Source: Octopus bimaculoides (Eukaryota). From it: 47,781 nucleotides of DNA. Under the pieces are notes generated by a model. It saw nothing but the letters and a program-made list of their open reading frames with translations. It was not told the origin of the DNA and ran no database searches. The DNA is taken from NCBI RefSeq assembly GCF_001194135.2, contig NC_068986.1, positions 50,134,188 through 50,181,968 of the forward strand, read 5' to 3'. Positions 1 to 11,614 of the stretch are shown in pieces. Both the position numbers and the translations under genes were made by a program. Every line of letters begins with the position of its first letter. Position 1 is the stretch's first letter.

Positions 1-40
<40 letters not shown>

Positions 41-900
41 AATATATAATCTCTGTGTAACATATAAATATGCATAAGTGTGTGTAGTACAATATATCCA
101 TGAATGTATATGTCCATGGTTATACACACACACACACATATATATACATGCATTTATACCTAAATATACACACACACATACATATAACCGCATACACACT
201 TTCACACACATACACAAAAACATACACACACACACAAACACAAACTCTCTCACTCTCTTGTACGACATCTCACCATCGCCATATTTTAGCAGACAATACT
301 GCTGCTCTCCAGACAGACAAACTCTACCATTATTCTCTCTTCCATCATCATCAAACCAGCACATGAAATCTACTTCCCTTTGATAACCTTTCTTACTCTC
401 TCTCTCTCTCTCTCCTCACTGCCCCACCCCACCCCACATACACACACTAGTGTAGGTACATCTTCTCCCACCCACAAGTCCAATCCTTCTTTCTATCATA
501 CTCACATTTACATTCACATATATGGACACGTTTTCTGACACTTAACACCCAAACTCTCATATTCATATATGCATATATTTCATCACACACATATTTACAC
601 ACATACATATGTACATACATACACGTTTGTATATGCACACACACAAACACACACACACACACTCTCTCATATTTATATACGCATACATCTCATCCGTCAT
701 GCATTGTTTATCCCTTCCTCCTATCACACACACCTTCACACACATACACTTTTGTAGGTACACATACTTACACACATACGTGCGCGCACACACATACACA
801 CACACACACACACACGTCTCATTCTTCACACTGGTGTCCATTCCTTTTTCTTACTCACACACACATGCACATAGACTCACACCTCATATCCACAAACATG

Positions 901-934
<34 letters not shown>

Positions 935-956
935 CCTACCTTCCATCTTCCTATAT

Positions 957-992
<36 letters not shown>

Positions 993-1010
993 CTTGCACA
1001 CACATGCACA
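1..1010. repeat. Compound (CA)n/(TA)n/(CT)n microsatellite field
   Basis: Dinucleotide runs read directly; source of the His-Thr and Cys-Val ORFs. Confidence 0.95.
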
Positions 1011-1129
1011 TCTCTGTCCTGCCCGCCCCGGCCTCCACCATTTATATTACCTCCACTGCAGCCACCTATGTAATAATATATACAGTAAGCTCATTATTCT
1101 TATTTTTCTTATTGATGGAACATCTACAA

Positions 1130-1327
1130 GGGCTGCTTAATCTGTTAGAAATAGCAGCCAAATCTCCATCAAAATACACCATGTAATATTGAAGAAAGTG
1201 GAGACTCATTGGATAATGTATTCCTAGATACAAAATGTCCAAGTAAATGACAGGATAGGCATGTCTGGAACACGTTTGATCAAACTTCTGCACAAACCAG
1301 GTTGACTTGACCTGGTGTGCTAAACAG
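1130..1327 (+). mobile_element. Interspersed repeat family D (retroelement-like 3' part)
   Basis: tgttagaaatagcagccaaatctcc...cattggataatgt...gacctggtgtgctaaaca; related copies in reverse at about 4565-4640, 10848-10915, 17560-17730, 40246-40320, 41470-41655, 42896-42960 and 44218-44300. Confidence 0.6.
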
Positions 1328-1413
1328 TTAAAAAGGGAGCTTAGACCAGCTAGAAATAACAGCTAAACATCCCTTAGATCCATCTTAGATAACTTGGGAT
1401 TGTCTTGTTTACT

Positions 1414-1600
1414 TCTTTTACTTGTTTCAGTCATTTGACTGTGATTGCCTTTAGTCGAATTAATCAACCCCATGACTTATTCTTTGTAAGCCTATTATTT
1501 TATCAGTCTCTTTTACCAATCCGCTAAGTTACAGGGACATAAACACACGAACATCAGTTGTCAAGTGATGATGGGGTGACAAGCACAGACACACAAATAC
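1414..1600 (-). mobile_element. SINE family C, 3' module only
   Basis: Reverse complement matches 10645-10845 (ccgctaagttac, cttattctttgtaagcc, cttgtttcagtcatttgactg). Confidence 0.8.
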
Positions 1601-1621
1601 ATACATAAATACATACATAAA

Positions 1622-1655
<34 letters not shown>

Positions 1656-1715
1656 CATATGATATCTCCACAATGTGTTGATGAGAAAAACATGTAATCG
1701 CTACCAATATAGCAA

Positions 1716-2562
1716 NNNNNNNNNNNNNNNNNNNNNNNNNNNNNNNNNNNNNNNNNNNNNNNNNNNNNNNNNNNNNNNNNNNNNNNNNNNNNNNNNNNNN
1801 NNNNNNNNNNNNNNNNNNNNNNNNNNNNNNNNNNNNNNNNNNNNNNNNNNNNNNNNNNNNNNNNNNNNNNNNNNNNNNNNNNNNNNNNNNNNNNNNNNNN
1901 NNNNNNNNNNNNNNNNNNNNNNNNNNNNNNNNNNNNNNNNNNNNNNNNNNNNNNNNNNNNNNNNNNNNNNNNNNNNNNNNNNNNNNNNNNNNNNNNNNNN
2001 NNNNNNNNNNNNNNNNNNNNNNNNNNNNNNNNNNNNNNNNNNNNNNNNNNNNNNNNNNNNNNNNNNNNNNNNNNNNNNNNNNNNNNNNNNNNNNNNNNNN
2101 NNNNNNNNNNNNNNNNNNNNNNNNNNNNNNNNNNNNNNNNNNNNNNNNNNNNNNNNNNNNNNNNNNNNNNNNNNNNNNNNNNNNNNNNNNNNNNNNNNNN
2201 NNNNNNNNNNNNNNNNNNNNNNNNNNNNNNNNNNNNNNNNNNNNNNNNNNNNNNNNNNNNNNNNNNNNNNNNNNNNNNNNNNNNNNNNNNNNNNNNNNNN
2301 NNNNNNNNNNNNNNNNNNNNNNNNNNNNNNNNNNNNNNNNNNNNNNNNNNNNNNNNNNNNNNNNNNNNNNNNNNNNNNNNNNNNNNNNNNNNNNNNNNNN
2401 NNNNNNNNNNNNNNNNNNNNNNNNNNNNNNNNNNNNNNNNNNNNNNNNNNNNNNNNNNNNNNNNNNNNNNNNNNNNNNNNNNNNNNNNNNNNNNNNNNNN
2501 NNNNNNNNNNNNNNNNNNNNNNNNNNNNNNNNNNNNNNNNNNNNNNNNNNNNNNNNNNNNNN
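1716..2562. other. Assembly gap
   Basis: N run. Confidence 1.
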
Positions 2563-2751
2563 CTTCCTGTTTCTGTTGTGCCTGTAATTCAAAGGGCCAG
2601 CCTTGTCACACTGTGTCACGCTGAATATCCCTGAGAACTACGTTAAGGGTACATGTGTCTGTGGAGTGCTCAGCCACTTGCATGTTAATTTCACAAGCAG
2701 GCTGTTCCATTGATTGGATCAACTGGAACCCTCTCATCATCATAACTGAAA
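2563..2751 (+). mobile_element. SINE family A, 3' half (5' half lost in gap)
   Basis: Matches 41975-42170 and the reverse complement of 17030-17225. Confidence 0.9.
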
Positions 2752-2764
2752 GGTACCAGTTGGA

Positions 2765-2857
2765 TTTTTTTTAGCATCAAATGGCTATGAGAGATCCCAC
2801 AGAGTAAAATAGTCAACCAATGGAGTCCACATGTAAATAATTGGTTGCGAACCACTG
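2765..2857 (-). mobile_element. hAT/Charlie-like MITE end fragment
   Basis: Reverse complement starts CAGTGGTTCGCAACC (Charlie-type terminus); aligns by eye with 30500-30600. Confidence 0.5.
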
Positions 2858-2919
2858 ATATAGAGAGAAATAGCCATGAATCCGGATGGAAGAGGGTCTG
2901 GTCAGCAGAATTTTGGACA

Positions 2920-3035
2920 TGCCAGAACAAAAACCCATCCTGGCCAGGGCTATAGAAAAAGACACTCACCCAAGGTGCTGCACAGTGGGACTGAACCTGA
3001 AACCATGTGGTTGCAAAGCAAACTTCTTAACCATT
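2920..3035 (-). mobile_element. SINE family C, 5' part
   Basis: ggctatag..aagacact..cccaaggtgc..cagtgggactgaacc..aaccatgtggttg. Confidence 0.8.
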
Positions 3036-3494
3036 GTCTCAGTCAGCACAATTCTGTTGCTAAACCCATACATATTATATTATTGCCATGTTGACCCATG
3101 TTTTATCAGTTTTAATCTGGCGTTTTCTTAATGAACGCCAGTGCATTATTACATCTCGTTACACCACACCGCACCATTTTTTTCCTAAATTAATAATTGT
3201 GTGATGGATGTGTGGGTAGGTAAGAGGATTTGGTGGTGAGGAGAGTTCTTTGAAACTCTTGGAATTATTTTGCTTTAAAAAAAGAGAAAAATTTGGTAAT
3301 TAAAATTGATAGTTCTTGGAGCAAAATATCTCTTCAACTTGAACATTTTTTCTCTCTTTGTGAGAGTGTGTATGTGTGTGTGTGTGTGTCCACGTGTGTG
3401 TTTGTGTGTGTGTGTGTCCACGTGTGTGTTTATGTGTGTGTGTGCATGTGTGTGTGTTTGTAAATTATGATTCAGATTTGAAAATATTTATATC

Positions 3495-4130
3495 ATTGTC
3501 AATATGACGAACATTAATATAATCATCATCATCATTATCATCATCCTTCTCTTCCTCATCTTCCTTCTTTTTTTCCCTCCTCCTTCCCTTCCTTCTTCTC
3601 TTCCTGCTCCTCCCCCTCCTCATCATCATCTTTATTTCATCACCATCATAATCATTGTCAATATAATGAACATTAATATAATCATCATCATCATCATCAT
3701 CATCATCCTTCTCTTTCTCCTCCTCTTTCTTCTCTTCCTTATCCTCCTTTTCTTCCTCTTTTTCCTCCTTCCCTTCCTCCTTCTCTTCCTGCTCCTCCCC
3801 CTCCTCATCATCATCTTTATTTCATCACCATCATCATCACTGTCAACATAATGAACATTAATACAATCATCATCATCTTCATCATCATCGTCGTCACTGT
3901 CAATCTAATCAACATTAACATAATCCTCATCATCTCCCTCCTCCTTCTCTTCCTCTCCGTTTCTTTCCTCACCACAGTTGACATTGACATCATCATCATC
4001 ATTACCACCATTTACACAGTGAACATTACCATCATCATCATCATCATCAGCATCACATAGTCAACATTGACATCATCATCATCATAATAGTCTTCATCCT
4101 CATTAGCATTCTCGTTAACAACTTCACTGT
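3495..4130. repeat. (ATC)n/(CTT/CTC)n compound array with a higher-order unit of about 160-185 bp
   Basis: Anchor tgtcaa..aacattaat..aatcatcatc recurs near 3497, 3656, 3841 and 3898. Confidence 0.85.
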
Positions 4131-4193
4131 AATTGCCATCACGTTTGTTGTTTTTGTGATTGTTTTTTTTCTTTTTATCATTAATTCATTATG

Positions 4194-4416
4194 AAGGTGG
4201 CGGGCTGGCGGAATCGTTAGCACACCGGGCAAAAAAATGCTTAGCAGTATTTCGTCTGCCGCTACGTTCCAAGTTCAAATTCCACCGAGGTCAACTTTAC
4301 CTTTCATCCTTTTGGGATTCAATAAATTAAGTACCAGTGAAACACTGGGGTCGATGTAATAGACTTGTCTTCTCCCCCAAAATTTGAGCCTTCTGCCTAG
4401 AGTAGAAAAGATTATT
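4194..4416 (+). mobile_element. SINE family B, full length
   Basis: tRNA-like A box (TGGCGGAATCG) and B box (GTTCAAATTCC), body gtcaactttacctttcatcc, ATT tail. Confidence 0.9.
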
Positions 4417-4738
4417 AATTCAATATTAATTCTTCATATTCTCTGTGTGTGTGTGTGTGTGACTCTGTACTTGTGACCATGTATTTATGTGTATGTGTAT
4501 CATTGCATTGCTCTGTGTGTGTGTGTGCATGTGTGTGTGTGTGTGTGTGTGAATAAGTAAGTAAAGTTGTTGTTGGTGTTCAATCTCAGATCAGAGCTGA
4601 TCAAGGAGACCTTTTGATCAGAAGTGTTCCAGCCCTTCCCTCCTCATCTATTTCTATTACCCACCCTGCAATATGTACCATTCCACTTACCTTTGCACTA
4701 CCACTTCTACCATTTCACTGTTGCCACTCATTCTACCA

Positions 4739-4867
4739 CTTGTATTATTTTATTGACCTTGAAAGGATGAAAGGTAACGTCGACCTCAGCGGAATTTGAA
4801 CACAGAACATAAAGGCAGACAAAATATCACTAAGCATGCTTAATGATTCTCCCAGATCACCACCTTA
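4739..4867 (-). mobile_element. SINE family B, partial
   Basis: gaaaggatgaaaggtaacgtcgacctcagcggaatttgaac. Confidence 0.85.
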
Positions 4868-4908
4868 ATGATGATGATGATGATGATGATGATGATTGTC
4901 ATCGTACT

Positions 4909-5126
4909 AATGGTTTCAAATTTTGGCACAAGGCCAGCAATTGTGAGGGGTGGGTTAAGTTGATTATATCAACCCCAGTTTCTGACTGGTACTTTTTGCA
5001 TCAACCCTGAAAGTATTGGAAGGCAAAGTCGACCTCAGCGGGGTTTGAACTCAGAATATTAAGACACATGAAATGCCACTAAGCATTTTTCGCCTGGCAT
5101 GCTAACAACTCTGCCAGCTCACTGCC

Positions 5127-5128
<2 letters not shown>
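4909..5128 (-). mobile_element. SINE family B
   Basis: Reverse complement of the family B pattern, flanked by (ATG)n and (AAT)n. Confidence 0.9.
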
Positions 5129-5177
<49 letters not shown>

Positions 5178-5197
5178 GTAATAATAATAATAGTAAT

Positions 5198-5393
5198 AAT
5201 GGTTTCAAGTTTTGCTACAAGGGCAGCCATTTTGGGGGAGAGGATAAATCAAATACATCAACCCCAGTGTTTCACTGGTACTTAATTTATTGACCCTGAA
5301 GGAATGAAAGGCAAAGTCAACCTCAGTGGAATTTGAACTCAGAAAGTAGCAAAAGGCGAAATCCCGCTAAGCATTCTGCCAGCTCGCCACCTT
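5198..5393 (-). mobile_element. SINE family B
   Basis: Reverse complement of the family B pattern. Confidence 0.9.
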
Positions 5394-5446
5394 ATGTAGA
5401 GTAATTAATGATAACAATTATAGTGTTAATGATGATGATGATGATA

Positions 5447-5649
5447 ATAATCCTTTCTATTATAGGCACAAAGCCTAAAATTTTGTGGGAGGGGGCTAGT
5501 TGATTACATTGACCCCACTGTTTGACTGGTACTTATTTTAAAGGGGTGAAATGCAAAGCTGACCTTGGCAGAATTTGAACTCAGAACATTGACAGATGAA
5601 ATACTGCTGAGCATTTTGTCTAACACACTACAAATTCTGCCAGCTCACA
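5447..5649 (-). mobile_element. SINE family B
   Basis: Reverse complement of the family B pattern, GTAGAAAGGATT-type tail variant. Confidence 0.85.
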
Positions 5650-6477
5650 ACAGTAATAATTATGATGACGATGATGATGATCATAATGATAATAATAATA
5701 ATAATAATAATAATAATAGTAATCCATCTGCTGTTCATAATCACAGCACAGTTCACTGGATGTACATACATACATACGCACACACATCAGCCAGCATATG
5801 CGTATTGGCGGGTGTGCAGCAGGCAGCAGCAGCGAGCTACAGGATGAGACGTGGAGTGCAACATACCCATTATGCTGCACCGCCACCACCACCCCATTCT
5901 CTCTCTCTATCTCTCTCTCTCTCTCTCTCCCTCTCCTCCTTCCTCCCACCTACCCTCTGCTCTGTTGGACATTTTTCAGCAAAATTGATTCCTTCTATTT
6001 AACTGGGTTCTCTACTGACAAAATATGTGTGTGTCTGTGTGTCACTTCTCTCAATCTTCTCGTAGTTGCAGTTGCCATCGTTGTTGTTGCTGTTGTTGTT
6101 GTTGTTATTAATGTTGTTTATGCATGTCTGTTGATGCTTGCTGCACGATGATATACTTTTTTAATGGGTGTTTTTTCTTTGTTTGTTTTTTTCTTCTTTC
6201 ATTTACCATTTTTTTTTTCCGCTGAAAGTTAAATATCTGACTATGCATGTGGGTGAAAAAAGTAGCAGAGAGAGAGAGTGCATGTGCACATGGGTGCATT
6301 TGTTGCTGAGAGGTACAGCAGCTAATGTCACACACACACACTTTCACACATTACATTTACACACACATATTCCATACTAGTCAAGCATGTATCTGTATAT
6401 ATTTGCCTGTGTGTGCATATTGTCATCAATAACCACATACACAAACATAAAGTACATTAATATATGCATCAATATAC

Positions 6478-6519
<42 letters not shown>

Positions 6520-6582
6520 NNNNNNNNNNTCATAAATTTATTGATTGTTATTTCCAGTAAACATTGGTGCCTTGTACCACTA

Positions 6583-6617
<35 letters not shown>

Positions 6618-6838
6618 CGTGTGCGTGTGTGTGTGTATATATATATAGGTGTGTGTGTGATATATATATTTATATCTATACATACACATATATTTATATA
6701 TACACATATATATTTATATCTATACATGGATATATATAAGTGCTTAAAAGCAGAAGCATTCATGCATTCTTATTGTTCAACATTATCATGTATACATACA
6801 TACATACATACATACACGCGCGCGCGCGCACACATATC

Positions 6839-7000
6839 AGGCATCATGGCTGTGTGGTTAAGTAGCTTGCCTTGCAACTACCTGGTTTTGCTCTCAGTCC
6901 CACTTCATAGCACCTTGGGCAAGTATCTTCTAACTCACACCATGCTAACCAATACTTTGTGTGCGAATGTAGTGGATGGAAACTATGTGGAAGCCCATCA
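6839..7000 (+). mobile_element. SINE family C, 5' part (tRNA head plus CORE-like body)
   Basis: tggctgtgtggttaagtagcttgc...gcaccttgggcaagt. Confidence 0.85.
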
Positions 7001-7027
7001 TGTACTCATAGGTATATGTATATATGT

Positions 7028-7141
7028 GGAGGCGCAATGGCCCAGTGGTTTGGGCAGCGGACTCGTGGTCGGAGGATCACGGTTTCGATTCCCAGACCGA
7101 GTGTTGTGAGTGTTTATTGAGCGAAAAGACCTAAGCTCCAT
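7028..7141 (+). mobile_element. SINE family A, 5' part (runs into gap)
   Basis: GGAGGCGCAATGGCCCAGTGG (A box)...GTTTCGATTCCC (B box). Confidence 0.9.
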
Positions 7142-7913
7142 NNNNNNNNNNNNNNNNNNNNNNNNNNNNNNNNNNNNNNNNNNNNNNNNNNNNNNNNNNN
7201 NNNNNNNNNNNNNNNNNNNNNNNNNNNNNNNNNNNNNNNNNNNNNNNNNNNNNNNNNNNNNNNNNNNNNNNNNNNNNNNNNNNNNNNNNNNNNNNNNNNN
7301 NNNNNNNNNNNNNNNNNNNNNNNNNNNNNNNNNNNNNNNNNNNNNNNNNNNNNNNNNNNNNNNNNNNNNNNNNNNNNNNNNNNNNNNNNNNNNNNNNNNN
7401 NNNNNNNNNNNNNNNNNNNNNNNNNNNNNNNNNNNNNNNNNNNNNNNNNNNNNNNNNNNNNNNNNNNNNNNNNNNNNNNNNNNNNNNNNNNNNNNNNNNN
7501 NNNNNNNNNNNNNNNNNNNNNNNNNNNNNNNNNNNNNNNNNNNNNNNNNNNNNNNNNNNNNNNNNNNNNNNNNNNNNNNNNNNNNNNNNNNNNNNNNNNN
7601 NNNNNNNNNNNNNNNNNNNNNNNNNNNNNNNNNNNNNNNNNNNNNNNNNNNNNNNNNNNNNNNNNNNNNNNNNNNNNNNNNNNNNNNNNNNNNNNNNNNN
7701 NNNNNNNNNNNNNNNNNNNNNNNNNNNNNNNNNNNNNNNNNNNNNNNNNNNNNNNNNNNNNNNNNNNNNNNNNNNNNNNNNNNNNNNNNNNNNNNNNNNN
7801 NNNNNNNNNNNNNNNNNNNNNNNNNNNNNNNNNNNNNNNNNNNNNNNNNNNNNNNNNNNNNNNNNNNNNNNNNNNNNNNNNNNNNNNNNNNNNNNNNNNN
7901 NNNNNNNNNNNNN
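7142..7913. other. Assembly gap
   Basis: N run. Confidence 1.
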
Positions 7914-8046
7914 CTTACCAACCACATGGTTCTGGGTTCAGCCCCACTGTGTGGCACCTTGGGCAAGTGTCTTTTACTATATAGCCTCGGGCCGACCAAA
8001 GCCTTGTGAGTGGATTTGGTAGATGGAAACTGAAAGAAGTCCGTCG

Positions 8047-8105
<59 letters not shown>

Positions 8106-8220
8106 CTGTGTACGTGTCCCCTCCCCCAACATCGCTTGACAACCGATGCAGGTGTGTTTGCGTCCCCGTAACTTAGCGGTTCGGCAAAAGAGACTAGGCT
8201 TGCAAAGAATAAGTCCTGGA
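7914..8220 (+). mobile_element. SINE family C with internal (TA)n(TG)n, 3' truncated
   Basis: Matches 10465-10760. Confidence 0.9.
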
Positions 8221-8307
8221 AATCGACCCCAGTTGTCAAGCGATGTTGTGGGGGGGAGGACACATACACAGACACACAAACACACACATATATATATATA
8301 CATATAT

Positions 8308-8430
8308 GGTGTGGAGAGGGGAGGCTGGTATGCATGGATGACTGCTGGTCTCCCATAAACAACCTTGCTTGGACTTATACTTCAGACGGGAATTTTCTTG
8401 GTGCAATCCCATGGTCATTCATGACCGAAG
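8308..8430. mobile_element. Short interspersed repeat, probable LINE 3' end remnant
   Basis: ggagaggggaggctggtatgcatgg...gtgcaatcccatggtcattcatgaccgaag; recalled as a common octopus repeat, single copy in this window. Confidence 0.4.
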
Positions 8431-8441
8431 ATATACAAATA

Positions 8442-8916
8442 CAGTAGTCCCTAGCCATATTGCGGTTCACCTCTCACAGTTTATTATTTAAGCTTATAGG
8501 AGAGTATTGTAGTTTGCTTGAAGCATTGTGTATTGTTTGTAAAGAATAAAAATTTTAGAAAGGTATAACAATGCACTATAGAACAAAAAATGGACTATAT
8601 ACCTGTTGTATTTTGGTTATCTATAGTCCGATGATATTTCGGAATTACAATTCCTTCTAAAGATCTGGTTAGCTGGAGTGAGACTCCAGCTACAGGTATA
8701 TAGTCCATTTTTTGTTCTATAGTGCATTGTTGTACCATTTAAGCTTATGTCGATTCCTCTGTGGTGTTGTTTTGCTTTTATAATAAAATAAATATATACA
8801 AATTATAAAAATAATTTTAAAAAAATATACAGTACAGAACTGTTTCTGCTTCACAGATTTTCACCTATTGCAGGGGGTTTTGGAACATAACACCTGCGAT
8901 AGTCGAGGGATTATTG
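8442..8916. mobile_element. Tigger/pogo-like MITE, TA target duplication
   Basis: Left TA|CAGTAGTCCCTAGCCATATTGCGG; reverse complement of right end TA|CAATAATCCCTCGACTATCGCAGG. Confidence 0.7.
8562..8736. repeat. 45-bp inverted repeat (44/45 identical), 85-nt spacer
   Basis: Arms 8562-8606 and 8692-8736 compared base by base. Confidence 0.95.
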
Positions 8917-9181
8917 TAAATACAAAACACCTTAATTATACACATACGCAAAGTACATAAATAAACCAACCTTAAAAAACAAACAGAATGCACCTTTATC
9001 ACACACACATGCACACACAGACATACACGCATAGCATAAATAAGGCAGAAAGCATACACACACACATTGAAACAAATACATATTAACACATATGTTCATG
9101 TGTGCACACATACATATACATACCCACAGCATAATTAAGACACAAAGTGCACACACACACACACACATGCACACACATGTA

Positions 9182-9445
9182 AATCCTTTCTGCTGTTATA
9201 AGCACAAGGCCTGAAATTTTGGTGAGTGGGTAAGTCGATAATATTGACCCCAGTGCTGAAATGGTATTTGTTTCATTGACCCCCCCTCCCCCAGTACATA
9301 GCTGGTACTTATTTCATCAACCCCAAAAGGATGAAAGGCAAAGTTGATTTTGATGGAATTTGAACTCAGAATGTAAAAGCAGAAAAAAATGCTGCTGCTA
9401 TGCATTTCTTCCTGTGTGCTAACAATTCTGCCAGCTTAGCACCTT
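9182..9445 (-). mobile_element. SINE family B
   Basis: Reverse complement of the family B pattern. Confidence 0.85.
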
Positions 9446-9446
9446 A

Positions 9447-9962
9447 CACGCACACACACACACATACACACATATACACACACACACACACATACACACA
9501 CACACATATATATGCAAATGTCAACAAAACACACTTATATTACACATGCACTTATGGACATGCCAACATATCAACACACACACAAACACACAGACACACA
9601 AATGCACATAGATATGCACACACATGCACACATACATATATACACACACAGGTGCTCATACTGACACACAGATACATACACACACACACACTGACAAACA
9701 CACATGCACACATACACGCACACTGACACACTGATACATACATGCACACACACACACACACACACACAAATGCACACCCTTACACACTCACAAACACACA
9801 TGCACACATACACGCACACTGACATACAAATACACATACATGCACACACACGCACACACACTGACACAAATGCACACCCTTACAGACACACACAAATACA
9901 CACACTCACAAACACAAAGCGCACTTACACGTTTTTCACACACACACACACACACACACACA
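9447..9962. repeat. Degenerate (CA)n field
   Basis: Direct reading. Confidence 0.9.
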
Positions 9963-10431
9963 AATATTCATGCATATCGCTTCTTCCGCTGTTATTGTAC
10001 AAGCCTGCCTGACTGATTGAACCGAAGTTGCACATAGCAAAGAGGTGAAGGCAATAACTGCAGTAAGTTTTGCACAATGACCTGCAGTCGCTGCTGTGTC
10101 CCAACTTGCAGCACATCGCTGTCTACAAACACTGTTACTGCACACAGATGGCTACTTGGGAAGCATCATGCATTGTCTAACCCCAGCACAGCCCCCAACT
10201 AAACAGATCTATGATCATAAGTGTTCAAGCTACGACCCACCTCACCCTTCCCTCAAACCTTGTGTATCTTGGATGACATTATTTAATGTTCCCTTTGATT
10301 TTTCAAGACAACAAGGTATACAATATAGGAGTAATTTAGCTGTTATTTCTAATTGTTAGTGTGGCCACAGAGTGATGTGGTGTGTCAGATTATATGCAAT
10401 TAATTTTACGTATTGTTGTTGTTAGTTTTAT

Positions 10432-10845
10432 AGGCGCAGGAGTGGCTGTGTGGTAAGTAGCTTGCTTACCAGCCACATGGTTCCGGGGTCAGTCCCACTG
10501 CGTAGCACCTTGGGCAAGTGTCTTCTACTATAGCCTCAGGCCGACCAAAGCCTTGTGAGTGGATTTGGTAGACGGAAACTGAAAGAAGCCCATCGTATAT
10601 ATGTATATATATATATGTGTGTGTGTGCGTTTGTGTGTCTATGTTTGTCCCCCCAACATCGCTTGACAGCCGATGCTGGTGTGTTTACGTCCCCGCAACT
10701 TAGCGGTTCAGCAAAAGAGACTGATAGAATAAGTACTAGGCTTACAAAGAATATGTCCTGGGGTCGATTTGCTCGACTAAAGGCAGTGCTCCAGCATGGC
10801 CGCAGTCAACTGACTGAAACAAGTAAAAAGAAAAAAAAGAAAGAG
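10432..10845 (+). mobile_element. SINE family C, full length
   Basis: A box TGGCTGTGTGG, B-box-like GGGTCAGTCCC, CORE-like gcaccttgggcaagtgtcttc, internal (TA)(TG) repeat, 3' module ending gaaacaagtaaaaag. Confidence 0.93.
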
Positions 10846-11345
10846 TCGTTTAGTCTTAAATCATCTGTCAAGCAGACTAATGATCTAAGGCACTCTGACA
10901 GTGACCATCCCGTCTTTTTTTTACTTTGTTTTCAATCATTATGAATTTATGACAATATTGTCTATGATCTTCAATTTCTTTTTTAATAATGGTTAAAATA
11001 TATGATTTGAGTCTGATTTGGCTGCTATTTTTAGCAAACGGAGCAGCCACATCGAGGCTCTGTCACTTGATTATCACACTGTCTGCATTGTCTATCTGCA
11101 GGCAAGTGCGCATCGCAGCTCCTAGAAATAGCTACCAGAGATTTTGTGAACCTTTTACCATTTACTTATTGCATTAGACTGTGGCCATGCCGGAGCATTG
11201 CCTTGAAAAATTTTAGTTGAACAAATTATCCTATTTATTCTCTTAGTTTCTTTTGCCAAACAGCTAAGCTACAGGGATGTGAACATAAGACAAACACATG
11301 CAAAGATTCACACACACATACAAGATATACATGTTTGAGAATACC

Positions 11346-11583
11346 TGGCAAGCCAAGTGAGATTGTTGATGTGGCTGATGCCAGTGTTTTAAAACTGGCA
11401 TCTGTGCTGGTGGGGTGTAAAAAGCACCCACTACAAACTTGGACTGGTTAACATTAGGAAGGGCATCCAGCTGTAGAAACCTTGCCAAATCAGATTTGAA
11501 TCTGGTGCAGCTTACCAGTTTTCAGTCAAACTAGCCAACCCATACCAGCATGGAAAACAGACGTTAAATGATGATGACGATGA
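11346..11583 (+). mobile_element. Family E, RTE-like 3' end with (GAT)n tail
   Basis: ttaggaagggcatccagctgtagaaac...gcatggaaaacagacgttaaatgatgatg; reverse copy at 14265-14541. Confidence 0.75.
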
Positions 11584-11614
11584 ATGTGTGTGTGTGTGTG
11601 TGTGACAGGCTTCT

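Noticed and set aside
78-1186. Many ORFs rich in His-Thr, Cys-Val or Ile-Tyr here and throughout the window
   Set aside because: Translations of (CA)n, (TG)n and (TA)n microsatellites, which are stop-free in several frames by construction
1561-2634. Long ORFs of 150-450 aa spanning N runs (also near 7.0-8.4, 20.2-21.4, 21.8-22.2 and 26.6-27.3 kb)
   Set aside because: Their length comes from X codons in assembly gaps
7028-7105. tRNA-like sequences with A and B boxes
   Set aside because: They continue into SINE bodies, occur in many diverged copies and lack a full cloverleaf; SINE heads, not tRNA genes
9960-10340. Unique, moderately GC-rich segment with several 60-90 aa ORFs
   Set aside because: No recognisable peptide and no convincing pair of splice sites
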